Shown here in pieces: positions 52,190 through 64,000 of a DNA stretch of 64,000 bases. This stretch comes from Octopus vulgaris (taxonomy: Eukaryota): the NCBI GenBank assembly GCA_951406725.2, contig OX597818.1:98456001-98520000 (forward strand). Reading direction: 5' to 3'. Position 1 is the first letter of the stretch, and each line of letters opens with the position of its first letter. The notes under the pieces are model-generated. The model worked only from the letters and a program-made list of their open reading frames with translations, ran no database searches and was not told where the DNA came from. The position numbers were made by a program, and so were the translations under genes.

Positions 52190-54000
52190 GTCAGATCCTG
52201 GATGTTCCACTGGATTGGGAGGTAACAGAGAAAGAATTATGTCTGATGGAAACTACAGAGGCACCTAAAATAGTTATCGAAAGCATTGTCCATGTTTGCA
52301 AGTCATACGCGTTTGCAAGTGATTGGCTATGCTAAAATATGAATCGAAGACAACCGCAAACGAGGTATTCATCACTCTTTCTTGAGAATTGAAAGTTTTC
52401 TGATGTTCATTGCTGCCACATGTGAAGCACCCAAGCCTTCTGCCTTCTACCGCAACACTCATTTTGTCTCCTATCATAAAGTTAATATACTTGGGCAATG
52501 CTTGGGTACTGTCTGGAAACCTATAGATGTAACTACTGAAACACGGAAAATTGAAAATTTGTTTCTGTTACCACTCCGTGTTCCTCAAGTAGCATCTCTA
52601 TGTACAGAAAGTCTATGTAAATGTGTGAGTGTGTGTTGTGGGGGTGAGATATCGTGGAGTGCGAATTTCGTTACATGTTTCGGAACTTTTCGGTTTGAAC
52701 GGTAATTTTTCCTAGCGGTGTCATATGAAATTGTTACCCATAATTATGACCCTAGTATCGATCTATTGCATTTCAATCTGTTTTAGGATTAGGGTTAGGG
52801 GTGGGGGGAAGGGTATCTTTTTTTCTTCACAAATGTAAATAAACCCAATCTGTTTCTTAAACGAGGGACATATTCATACGGCACAGAATGTTTTTTTTTT
52901 ACCTCAATAGACGTCAGTGATTGGTTGAAATTGCAGAAATTGAAGAAAAAAACCAACAAATATCTTACATACTATAGAATTTTCTCAATAAAGCCAAGAG
53001 AAAAAGGTGTTTTATAAACACATTCTACCTGTATACGAAGTTTAAAATTTTTTAGCTACCTAGAAATTATGTTAAAAACTGCTGTTCAAACCGAAAAGAT
53101 CCCACGTTTCCCTATGGCAGCAAGCGGCAATATTTGGAGGTGCATACAATTTCATATAATTTCGTAGCCCCTCATCAATCGAACTTTTTGCCCCTGTCTA
53201 CGGGTTTATATTCCTATCTAAACTTCTGTTAGGCACTTTTCTGTTTGTTTCAACGTAGGATTGTCCACTTCCTTGATTCTACTCTTGATTTGTTTGTAGA
53301 TAAATAAGCATCTCCGCTTTCGTTCATCTTCTTGTGGCAGAACCAAAATGCCGGCTGCGACATGATTACTTGTCTTCGTGTGAACTAGGGCAGCGCTGCA
53401 GCGTTTTTCAAAACAAGCATGCTTACTCCCATCAACAGCTCTGGCGAAAGAGGCTTCGCGTAACTGGCTTAGCAGTTTTGCCGTTTGCAATGATGGTGTT
53501 GTTGGTAGTAGTCGTAGATGCTTTTTGTTGCTCTTGTTAATACTCTGATGTTCAGTTCTCATTTTAAGTTGTTGTTGTTGTTATTGTTACAGCCTCCGCT
53601 ATTTATCATAGCCATAGTGATGTGAATACTGGAGGCGGTGAGAACGGTGGTGTCGCTGTTACCATCCATTTTTTTTTCGCCATCCATTTTTTTCTGTTGT
53701 TGCTATAAATGCCATTATGTGACGGAGATGTTGGAGGAGGTTGCAATAGTGATGGTGCTTTCACTTACTGCATTTATGATGGGGAGGAAAATGTCAAGAT
53801 TGAAGTTGCATATAGTGCTGTTGTTCTTCCTTTGGTCTCTTGGCGAAAATTTCTTCGCCAGGAAAGCTACTCGTAGTTTTGGAGAAAAATCTATTTCACC
53901 ATTCACTATTTCTGTTTTTAGAAAAATTAGGTTTGTTGCCAATGAATAAATAAATAAATAAAAATAGAAAATAAATAAAGTAATAAAAAAAATATAAAAA
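52190..54000 (-). mobile_element. Second degenerate L1/Tx1-like ORF1 remnant, split by a MITE
   Basis: VAVEGRRLGCFTCGSNEH knuckle (ORF 52274-52498); GKR|VTKFALHDI across the MITE site parallels KRVARVRVGKVP of the 34.7-kb element; boundaries approximate. Confidence 0.6.
52682..53102. mobile_element. MITE with ~29-bp TIRs and 8-bp TSD (Merlin-type)
   Basis: TIR GGA(A/T)CTTTTCGGTTTGAAC; TSD catgtttc / cacgtttc; internal TTAGGGTTAGGG. Confidence 0.8.
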
Positions 54001-54168
54001 CTCCTCGAAGGACCAAAGCAATGTGGAATTAACCAGCTCAAGGATGCTGGTTAGTTTAACAGCAACATAACTAAAAAATTTTGGTTTGCAAGTTTCTTTT
54101 AGAACAGTATGTAAACCATGGAGTTACGAACGTTCTGGAAGCGTGTCATTTTTGTCGATACCTAAAAC

Positions 54169-54572
54169 GCAGTGAGCTGGCAGGAACGTTAGCACGCCGA
54201 GCGAAACGCTTAACGGCATTTCGTCTGTCTTTAAGTTCTGAGTTCAAAATTCCGCCGAGGTCGACTTTGTCTTTCATCCTTTCGGGGTCGATTAAATAAA
54301 TACCAGTTACGCACTGGGGTTATGTAATCAACTTAATCCGTGTGTCTGTCCTTGTTTTTCCCTTCTGTGTTTAGCTACTTGTGGGTAGTAAAGAAATAGT
54401 CATTTCGTCTGTCTTTATGCTCTGAGTTGAGTTCAAATTCTGCCGAGGTCGACTTTGCCTTTCATCCTTTTGGGGTCGATAAATTAAGTACCAGTTGCAT
54501 ACTGGGGCCGATCCAATCGACTGGGCCCCTCTCCTAACATTTTGGGCTTTGTGCCAAGAGTAGAAAAAGAAA
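54169..54572 (+). mobile_element. SINE family A dimer
   Basis: Same architecture as 3565-3973; approximate TSD ttgtcgat(acct/gcc)aaaac. Confidence 0.88.
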
Positions 54573-55656
54573 TTGTCGATGCCAAAACAACAACAATTAT
54601 GATGATGATGATAATATCTATGATAATATTCGGAGAACTGATAAAGCTTTAAATGCTAATTAGTTGTTTCGTTATGTGCTGTTAATACTCACTGGGCGTA
54701 ACCTAATGGCAGATAACATATTCTAATCTAGTGATATCTTCTTTTCTTTTTCAAAACTCATTTGATGTAAGCTCTGTTATACAAAAAAGAACATTTTAAT
54801 GAGTATTCACTACCGAGAATTGGTCTCAAATTTTGGCACAAGGCCAGCAATTTCAGGGAAGGGAATAAGTCGATTATATTGACCTCAGTGCTCAGCTGGT
54901 ACTTATTGACTCCGAAAGTGTGAAAGGTAAAGTTGACCTCGGCGGAATTTGAACTCAGAACATAAAGACAGCTGCATTTTGCCTGGCTTGCAGTCGATTC
55001 TGCCAGTTAGCCGCCTTACCGAGAACTTAATATTGGTTTCAGTATAAACACAAGGTCAGAAAATTGGAGTGAAAAATGTAGTCGATGAAATCAGCATCAG
55101 TACTTTATCACTGGTTCCTCATTTTTTTCCACCATGGAAGAACGAAAAACAAAATTGGCCTTGGTAGGATTTGAACTCATAATATAAAGAACTGTAACTA
55201 AGAATTTTGTACAATCTGAAGACGCTCTAGCGATTCGGGAAATCTATGAATATGCTGAAAAGAAAACGTGTGAGTGGCAGAAATGACAAATTATTCGTCA
55301 CGTTACAAGACTGAGTTCGGATCTCTCTGGAGTTTCTACTTTCTATTTCATATTTCTTTCTTCCACAGCTGATGTCATTTCTAAGTGTATATTGGGACAC
55401 ACTCGGTTGATTAATCCACTTAAAAAATTCATAGGCGCAGGAGTGGCTGTGTGGTAAGTAACTTGCTTACCAACCACATCGTATCGTTTCGCAGCCATTA
55501 TCATTCAAAAATAGTTTATTTTAGTGTATAATAAATCATTTTACATGTCTGCACTAGTATGTATGCAATAAATTGCATAGCACTATTGTACATTTTACAA
55601 ACTAATGCAGGTATAAAAGACTAGTACTTCTGATCAATAAAAGATCATGGTTACAT

Positions 55657-55693
<37 letters not shown>

Positions 55694-55744
55694 TAGATAG
55701 ATATATAGATAGATATATATATAGATATATATACGGGTGTGTGT

Positions 55745-57458
55745 GATTGTGTATAGAAGAATATATTAATAAAAGGAATTCCAACCTTGTCTGATTTTCA
55801 CGTTTTATTTACAATCTTATAATGATATAATATAAGATAATATAATAGAATAGAATAAAATAAAATAGTAGAATGTTAAATGTTCATTCTGATTGAACTA
55901 GTACTTTCATGCATTAAATTATGCAATCTTCAGGTTCATGTAGTAGTGGTGACAGTCATGCTTCACAATTTTTGACTGTAGCGAGATGGTTAAATCTGTG
56001 CCTTAAATACACTGTGTGGACTCCAGATTGCTAGGTTTTGCTAACTGTATTCTGACCAATCAGTGTGTAAATTACTTAAGCTGATTGGTTGGTTTAGGCG
56101 TCACGCTTTGTTGAACATGTCAAGAGTCCTGTATCTTAACCCTGGCCGAGGCAGCAATTGTTGGGCTATTTTTAGAAATGTTGTAAATAGCCTTTGTCAG
56201 GGATTTTTATATTTCAATTGTCATCATCATCATTGTCAGCACCTTAATTATTGTTGCTAGTGGTGATGGTGGTGGCAATAGAACTTTTAACCCTAAATAA
56301 GATAATTTTCCTGCTATCTTCATCTTGATCACCTTTAGTATTGTTGTTGTTGTTAGTGGTCATGGTCGTAGCAGTAGAAGTAGTACCTCTAAGTAATATT
56401 ATTATTGCTTATTTAGCTTGGGTTCGAATTTATCAATAAAATTCTTTTCTCTGATTTTCCTCTCGATTTCACTTGGGCTGTAATTTGTAGAATGGAAATA
56501 TTATATATATTTTCCGACCACATGTTGCTAGGTGGTTACTCAAAGATATCTGACGGATCTCTGGGTCTCTAATCTGTTGTCGGTGTACACGTGAGCGTTC
56601 TGATAGTGCATTTCCCGTCTGACCTACATATATTTCTTCACAATTTGGGCATTTGATGCAGTAAATTAAATTTCTGCTTTTGCAGTTCATATTCGCGTTT
56701 GTGAATATTTTCCCGGTTTTTGTGTTTATATATTGGCCGGTATGTATGAATTGGCATGTGCCACATCGACTATCATTGCATTTAGATACAGTGAATGTTT
56801 GGTCATTGTTGCTAAGGTCAAATTTTGCCTTTGTTAGTAATTTTTTCAAGTTTTTAGGCTGTCTTTTACTAAGAACCATAGCTCGATCCGTGATTATATC
56901 TTTTAATTCATTATTTTGAGCAATGATTGGTAGGTTTGCTTTGGCAATGTTGAAGATATTCTGGTGACATGGGTTGTGTGTCACTATGAATGGTATGACC
57001 TGTTCTTGTTTTCCTCTTCATTGGGTTGTCCTAAGTTGTATGGGTATTTTTATAGCCCGCTGTATGTCATTTTCTATAAGTAGAGATGGGTATTTTTGTT
57101 TGAGCAAAAATTCTCTTAGTTCTGTTAGGCGTTTGTTCCTGATATTTGCATCTTCTACAATGGTACAAATTCTTCTGGCTAGGCAGTATGGGATGTTGCG
57201 TTTTGTATGTGGTGGATGGCACGACTTAAAATTTAGGTATTGATGTGTGTTTGTGTGCTTATAGTATATATCTGTGGTGATGGTGGTGTCTTTTTTAATT
57301 ACCATTATATCTAGGAATGGTAATTTGGTACTACTCATCTCCTTTGTAAATTGGAGAGATGAGTGTAGGTTGTTCAGGAGGATATTGAACTCTTCCAGAG
57401 TATTTAGAGATTCTGTCCAGATTATGAAGCAGTCGTCAAGGTATCTCTTCCATGCCTT
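55745..57458 (-). mobile_element. 5'-truncated Penelope-like retroelement (RT C-terminus + GIY-YIG endonuclease + pLTR), inactivated
   Basis: WKRYLDDCFIIW, LPFLDIMV, DIYYKHTNTHQYL, NLIYCIKCPNCEEIYVGQT, FIDKFEPKLN; stops at 57018 and 56469. Confidence 0.93.
55894..55938 (-). ncRNA. Minimal hammerhead ribozyme motif in the Penelope pLTR
   Basis: UGAAC CUGAAGA U UGCAU-aauuua-AUGCA U GAAA GUAC UA GUUCA; palindromic AGUACU stem III; same strand as the PLE ORF. Confidence 0.7.
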
Positions 57459-58729
57459 TTCAATATATATATATATATATATACGATGGGCTTCTTTCAG
57501 TTTCTGTCAACCAAATCCACTTGCAAAGCCTTAGTCAGTCTCAGGCAATAGTAGAAACACTCGACGAAGTTGCCACGCAGTGGTACTGAATCCGAAACTA
57601 TACCGTTGGGAAGCAAGCTTCCCACCACACAGCTACATCTGCACCCTTATCATCTTTCTTTTTTTTTCCAGACACCAGAAAACATACCTAAGATTATACC
57701 ACATTATCCAACGTGGTACTATCCTTACCTTTTTTTTAAGACGGTGTATGGCATGAAAGATTTCGTTGCTATTCCAAGCAGTAGCGAACTTAACGGCCGC
57801 GTAAGGAATGGTTCATCCCAGATGGCATATTTGTGTCTGCTGTATAAGCTTAGATAGAGTTCACGAGGGACGCGGGGAAGAAGGACAAATTCTTGGACTT
57901 CCCCGGGCGGCAAGCAGATCAAATGATTACGTAGATATCATTTCGCTGACTCATTAGTACACGTGCCATGTTTACATATGATCATTGCGTATGCTATCAA
58001 ATCTTAAAATTCGTAAAAGAAATTAATCCATTACGAATGTCTACCGACTGCGGACTAGCAAGAAAGATAATTATTATAACATTTATTAAGGTGGAACACG
58101 GTGGCGAGCTGGCAAACACGGTAGCGAGCTGGCAAACACGGTAGCGCATCGGGTAACATGCTTCATGGTATTCTTTCCGATTCTTTGTTTAACATTCTGA
58201 GTTAAAATTCCGCTGTAGTGGACCTTGCTTTTCATTCTTTCTGGGTGAAAAAAATAAAGTACCTGTTAAGTGCCGGTCACTATAAACGACTACCCCTCCC
58301 TCATAAAATTTCAAGCCTCGTGTCTATATTAAAAAGGATTAAGATAGAATAAAGCAACAAGCTGGCAGAATCGTTAGCGTATCTTATTGATGTTTTGCTC
58401 AGCATTTTACATTCTGAGCTCAAATCGCACCGAAGTTAATTTAGCTTTTCATACTTTCAAAAAGAATAAAATAAATACCAGTTACGTACTGTAGTTGATA
58501 TAATCGACTCGCCCATAACCTAAAATTGCTAACCTTTCACTAATTTTTGAAGCCATTAATGCTTTTCTAACTTTGGCACATAGGCACAGGCGTGGCTGTA
58601 TGGTAAGAAGCTTGCTTCCGAGTTCAGTTCCACTGCGTGCTACTTTGGGCAAGTGTCTTCTATTATAGTTTCGGGCCGATCAAAGCCTTTTGAGTGGATT
58701 AGGAAGGTGGAAACTGAAAGAAGCTCACT

Positions 58730-58784
<55 letters not shown>

Positions 58785-58850
58785 GGTCCCGGGTTGATTC
58801 GGGGTTAACCACAGTAAATAAGGTACTCAATACATAGCAGAGTAAAATTA

Positions 58851-58929
58851 ATTTATTATATAGAAGGAGCTTCCTGATGATTTCTCTTGAATGAAACAGT
58901 TCTAGTCCTGTAGAAGCTCCTTCTATATA

Positions 58930-58935
<6 letters not shown>
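58851..58935 (+). repeat. Perfect 23-bp inverted repeat enclosing a truncated hammerhead core (pLTR remnant)
   Basis: 58851-58873 is the reverse complement of 58913-58935; between them CUGAUGA U UUC-ucuu-GAA U GAAA. Confidence 0.7.
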
Positions 58936-58971
<36 letters not shown>

Positions 58972-59081
58972 GAATAATAAGAAAATGAAGATATTGAAGT
59001 TAAGAGTTTATTATATGCAAAAAATCTATCATTATCTCTTACAGTGATACCATCCCTTCAAGAGGCTATTTGAATTTTATA

Positions 59082-59146
<65 letters not shown>

Positions 59147-59914
59147 GTATTATGTACGTATGTATGTATGAGTGTTTGTGTTTGTACCCCACTACTGCTT
59201 GACAACCGGCGTTGGTGTGTTTACATTTCCATAACTTAGTGATACGGCAGAAGAGACCGATAGAATAAAGGACCAGGCTTACCAACAAATTAAGTACTTG
59301 GGTTGATTCATTCAACTAAAACTCTAGAAGGCGGTGCCCCAGCACGGCCACGGTCTAATGACTGAAACAAGTGAAAAACAAAAGATAAGGCCAGTAATTT
59401 ACATCGAAAACAATACTTGATTGGGACTTTATTTTACCGATGCCTGAAGGATGAAAAGCAAAGACGCCCTAGGGAGGGAATCTAAATTCAGAACGTAAAT
59501 CCGGAAAAAATGCCACTAAGCATTTTGTCCGGTGTTCTAACGATTGTGCCACATCGCTGCCGTAATAATATTGTCTATCATATACACAAGGTAAGAAATT
59601 TTGTGGCAAGGAATAATCGATTATATCGACCCCAGTGCTCAGCTGATATATATTTCATCGGTCGCTATAGTATAAAAGGCAAAATCAATCTCAGCGGAGC
59701 TTGAACTCAGAATGAACATAAAGGCGAACAAAATGTCGTTAAGTATATCGTCCGGCATGCTTAAAGATTGTACCAGCTCGCCGTCTTATTTGAAACTATT
59801 AAGGAAGATAGACTATTTGCTGATAAAGCCAATTAACAAACACCGAATACATTGAAGAATAATTACATATAACTTACAAATAAGGAGAGTTTCTCGCTGA
59901 TCCACTGAGCCTGA

Positions 59915-60370
59915 GAGCCAAGCATGGTTCTTGGTCTCAAGCATTTGTCTTATGAAGAAAGGCTGAAGACGGCGACCTTTATTCTCTAGAAAAACGACGA
60001 CGCCGTGGTGATCTCATTCTTGCTCACAACATCATAAGCGGAAAGTGTAACCTCTCGAAAGAGCTGTTCTTCACTCCTGCTCCAGAGCGCCGGCTGCGGG
60101 GTCACTCCGAAAAGCTCTATCTGCGACGATTTCATCTCAATCGGAGGAGAGGGGCTTTCTCCGTCCGGGTTGCGGATCCGTGGAATAAGCTGCCGGACGA
60201 GATAGTGAAGATGCCGACGACCGCTCGGTTCAAAGTCTCTCTTGACCAGGAATGGCCTGAACTCTTTGCATGAACACCACTCTGAACATAACTCTATGTC
60301 CTCTTACATGGCCTGGCTTTTTGCGTTTTGAGCCAAAAAATTAACTTAATTTAACTTAACTTAACTTAAC
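59915..60370 (+). mobile_element. CR1-type LINE 3' end with (TTAAC)n tail
   Basis: LSYEERLK..YSLEKRRRRGDLILAHNII..LRGHSEKL..FSVRVADPWNKLP, stop, short 3' UTR, TTAAC repeats. Confidence 0.9.
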
Positions 60371-60709
60371 ATCGCTAAAGGAATTCAACTATTAATCTAC
60401 AAACACATTTCTTTATCCTCATTTAAGTTTCGAAATATTTATATTACAAGCAGTTCTTTAAGTAACGTTATTAAGGTCAACAAAAAGAAGTAAAACGGTT
60501 TATTTTTCCTGTTCTTTAGTCATTGTTGATTAAAGATCGGGCAAGCGTTTTTTCTTGTGGATCGCTTTCAGTCTGCTTTGCCATCTGTTGCATAAAATGC
60601 TATGAGATAAGCATCCACAGTACCAATTGACGTCATAGTAAATATCTACCTACTTATTTATCCACCCACCTATCTGTCTGTCTGTCTGACTGTCACTGTG
60701 TGTGTGCGC

Positions 60710-60758
<49 letters not shown>

Positions 60759-60759
<1 letters not shown>

Positions 60760-61043
60760 AGGCGCAATGGCCCAGTGGTTAGGGCAGCGGACTCGCGGTT
60801 GTAGAATCGAAGTTTCGATTCCCAGACTGGGCGTTGTGAGTATTTATTGAGCGAAAACAACTAAAGCTCCACGATCTCCGGCAGGTGGTGACGATCCCTG
60901 CTGTACTCTTTCGCCACAACTTTCTCTCACTCTTTCTTCTGTTGGCCTGCTCGCTTAACCAGCGAGGTGGCGTCATTTGAAGGCTAAAACAATGCGAAAC
61001 GCATTGTGACCAGCGATGTGTAGCAACATCTGATAGCCTCGTC
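60759..61043 (+). mobile_element. tRNA-derived SINE sharing head and body with 41545-41846 but with a different 3' part
   Basis: GGAGGCGCAATGGCCCAGTGGTTAGGGCAGCGGACTCGCGG...ACTCTTTCGCCACAACTTTCTCTCACTCTTT, then a unique tail; inserted in (TA)n. Confidence 0.85.
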
Positions 61044-61059
61044 GATCACAGTAATCACG

Positions 61060-61101
<42 letters not shown>

Positions 61102-61733
61102 ACAGACATTCACACACTTTTACGCACACACACTCACTCTCTCTCTCTATATATATATATCTACAGGGTGGCTCAAAAGTAGGTTTACAGTTATTCAACT
61201 CTCTCTTTCGCATTCATGTATTAACAGTTTAGATCTTAATTATAAAAAATATGAAGCCATTATTCTATGCTAATTTAGGTAATTCTATCAAGCTCCTTTA
61301 TCAATTTGTGAGATAGAAATTTAAAAGTAATAAAATGTTTTAAAAGAAATTTAAAGTGCCTACGTGATAACTGTAATAATAATTTTATCAAGTGGCCAGC
61401 ATGGAAAAAATAACCTTCAAAGGTAATAATTATTAAAATTATAAATTAGGGTATCTACGAGATCCCACCATGCTGAAAATAGCAGCCATGATCTGACTCT
61501 AAAACCACCTTAAGTGTCCATATCTCAAACACGGAGAGAAAGCAAAGAGACAAGATGAAGCTAGTAAAAAAATTACTGGATAATTCTAGATCCCGGATTT
61601 CTGACTTTGCATTTAGGAATGCTTTGCCTTGTCGGTAGAATACACACAAAAAAGAAACATAAATACATATATATATATATATAAATACAACATACGAATA
61701 CTTACATACACGAACGTATACATACATATATAT

Positions 61734-61928
61734 GCACGTATGCATAATGGCCAGTTCAAAATGCCCGCCGTTTAATTCCATGTGAGGTATGGTTAAAATA
61801 TCACCGCAGTAAATACAGTGACGAAATAAATTTAAATTTATATAAATAAGGACAAGATCGTTAAATTAACCTTATCTCACATGGAATTAAACGGCGGGCA
61901 TTTTGAACTGGCCATGATGCATACGTGC
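61734..61928. mobile_element. Small MITE-like fold-back, ~60-bp TIRs
   Basis: 61734-61796 is a near-perfect reverse complement of 61866-61928; AT-rich spacer. Confidence 0.75.
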
Positions 61929-62192
61929 TCTTCAACAAAATTCGGAAAATAAGATGTAAAACAACAAATCTAAAGAAAACTCCACAGATCTTCGAACATG
62001 CGACCGACGGCTTCAGACACAAACAACAACAACAACAACAATGATAATACTACTACTACTAATAATAATAATCCTTTCTACATTAGGCACAAGGCCTGAA
62101 ATTTTGGGGGAGAGGGTAAGTCGATCACATCGACCACAGAACTCTGTTACTTAATTTATCGACCCCGAAAGGACGAAAGGCAGCTCGTCGCC

Positions 62193-62245
<53 letters not shown>

Positions 62246-62444
62246 CCTTTCTACTGTAGGCACAAGGCCTGAAATTTGCGGGGAGGGGGTCAGTCGATTA
62301 GATCGACTCCAGAACACGAATGGTACTTAATCTGTCGATCCCGAAAGGATGAAAGGCAAAGTCGACCTCGGCGGAATTTGAACTCAGAACGTAAAGATAG
62401 ACGAAATACTGCTAAGCATACCATACGAAATACCAACTCGCTGC

Positions 62445-62499
<55 letters not shown>

Positions 62500-63153
62500 G
62501 TAATGATGATGATGATGATACTCTTTATATTTGAATGTATGACGAAAATTGAATGTCTGGCTAAATGCTAATCCTGCTGCATAAATCACAACGATACCTT
62601 ATTAGTTAATCTCACTTGTTGACTAGTTAAAGTCGTAAGGAGTTAATTAGTTGTAAAGAGTTAATTAACAAAATTATAGTGGCTTCAATTCATTCAAAAG
62701 TTATGCTAGTTACAGCTTTCTTTTTCTATACGAAAAAGAAAAAAAAAGTAAAAAACAAAAAAACAAACAAACGAAAGAAAAAAAAAAAAACCCAGTAAGT
62801 GAATAATCAGTTGGTCTAATAGTAGGGAAGATAAACATAACTGCAAGTTCACTCGGTGCGATATATAAATTTTTATCTTTCAATTACACAAACCTTTGCT
62901 CTTGAAAGTTTTCTACATTTAACCGTATACAATCTCTGATATTAAAGATATCGATATCAATGTTATAATGAGTGCCCCAAAATAATCACTCTTTCATACC
63001 ATTTCCTTTTAGATTAATCGCAAAGGTTTAACTTTTCCATGTAGTAAAGGTTTGTGAATTTGAGAATTTCCTTATTTAGACTTAGACCTGTATAGAGATG
63101 ATCATTTAATCCTAGTACATTTTTAAGGGCTCACCTTATAGATTTAGAATATA

Positions 63154-63540
63154 CTAACAGTATCGCCCGACGTTGCTCGGGGTTTTTTCGACCCTTTACA
63201 ATTGGAATTTTTGAAAAGTAAAAATTTTGTATTATGTAACTTGTTATTCTCTTTAAGTGAACATTTTTCTGGTTGAAATACACCAAAAAATGACGACACA
63301 ACAGTAAAAAATTCGTAAAAAATTGGGATTTTCATAGAAAAAAAGCACATTTTTGATGTAAATAATTTTTGGTCTTAACATGGTCCGATTTGAATTTTAT
63401 CTTCTACGGAATGAAGAGCAAGCCTTCTATCATACTCTCAATTTTGGCCAACTTGCACCGCAGGGTCTCGGAGGAGATAGTGTTAGTTGAAGGCTACCAA
63501 ACCTGCCACACACAGACAACTTCAGCTTTATATATATAGA
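63154..63540 (-). mobile_element. Non-autonomous Helitron, second 5' type
   Basis: Homologous to 50559-51000; minus-strand 5' TC, 3' hairpin + TTAG|T. Confidence 0.78.
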
Positions 63541-64000
63541 TTTACAATTAGAATAGATTTAGAAAATGTCTTAATAGAACATCTAAAGAATTTAATCTAA
63601 GAGACACATTTGATACTAAATACTGGCATATTCGCGTTGCGGAAGCGTTGCACTCCTGAAAATCTTGCATTTTTTTTTTTGGAGTTTCGTAGCAAAACTT
63701 ATTTTCGTTATGATTTTATTTTGAGTGACTTTTGTGTAAAAACTATAAATATTAGTGGCATTCACTGGCGCATAACCAATTCATGAAGTGTTCTCATAGA
63801 GCAAAACTGGAATAAAGAAAAGAGTAAATTCATCACATAATGCTTTACAAATTTCATCAAGGTTCTGATGCAAATAAAAATGTTCAAAAAGCTTGTGGTT
63901 AGGAGACTGTGAATGAAAGAACTAGTAGAAGGTAGTTTGAAAAAAACTGGATGTAACAATTTTAATTTGTTTGATGACCTTAGATCAGGAAATACTTCGG

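Noticed and set aside
52783-52800. TTAGGG repeats as an interstitial telomere
   Set aside because: Only about two units, and they are internal to a MITE.
57780-57970. GC-richer patch with TGACTCA and CACGTG motifs (also octamer and E2F-like sites near 51150-51260)
   Set aside because: Short motifs expected by chance, with no linked gene or other support.
61163-61200. TACAGGGTGGCTCAAAAGT, resembling a Tc1/mariner terminus
   Set aside because: No matching second TIR or transposase found in the window.

Overview
AT-rich, microsatellite- and SINE-dense animal genomic DNA, most likely an octopus or other coleoid cephalopod (inferred from the tRNA-derived SINE families, not proven). One host gene is supported: a + strand ETS transcription factor with 10 coding exons (11274-29900, ~489 aa from Met 11342). 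Its ETS domain, penultimate exon and last intron position resemble ERG/FLI1, but it is strongly diverged and no PNT domain is visible. All nine introns are phase 1 and all eight internal exons are multiples of 3 (39-174 nt). A probable ~3 kb 3' UTR ends near 32870. The rest is transposon-derived: several modular SINE families, CR1 and L1/Tx1 LINE remnants, two ORF1-only L1/Tx1-like remnants, a Penelope-like element (RT + GIY-YIG), a deleted mariner nested in an older palindromic MITE, a Merlin-type MITE and four non-autonomous Helitrons. The main hidden signal is seven minimal hammerhead-ribozyme-like motifs on Penelope-type short elements. They include a four-copy family with a non-canonical CUGU core and one motif in sense orientation inside a fold-back in an ETS intron. 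Nearly all short ORFs in the track are microsatellite or SINE artefacts. Family names and reference protein sequences are recalled from memory, not searched.
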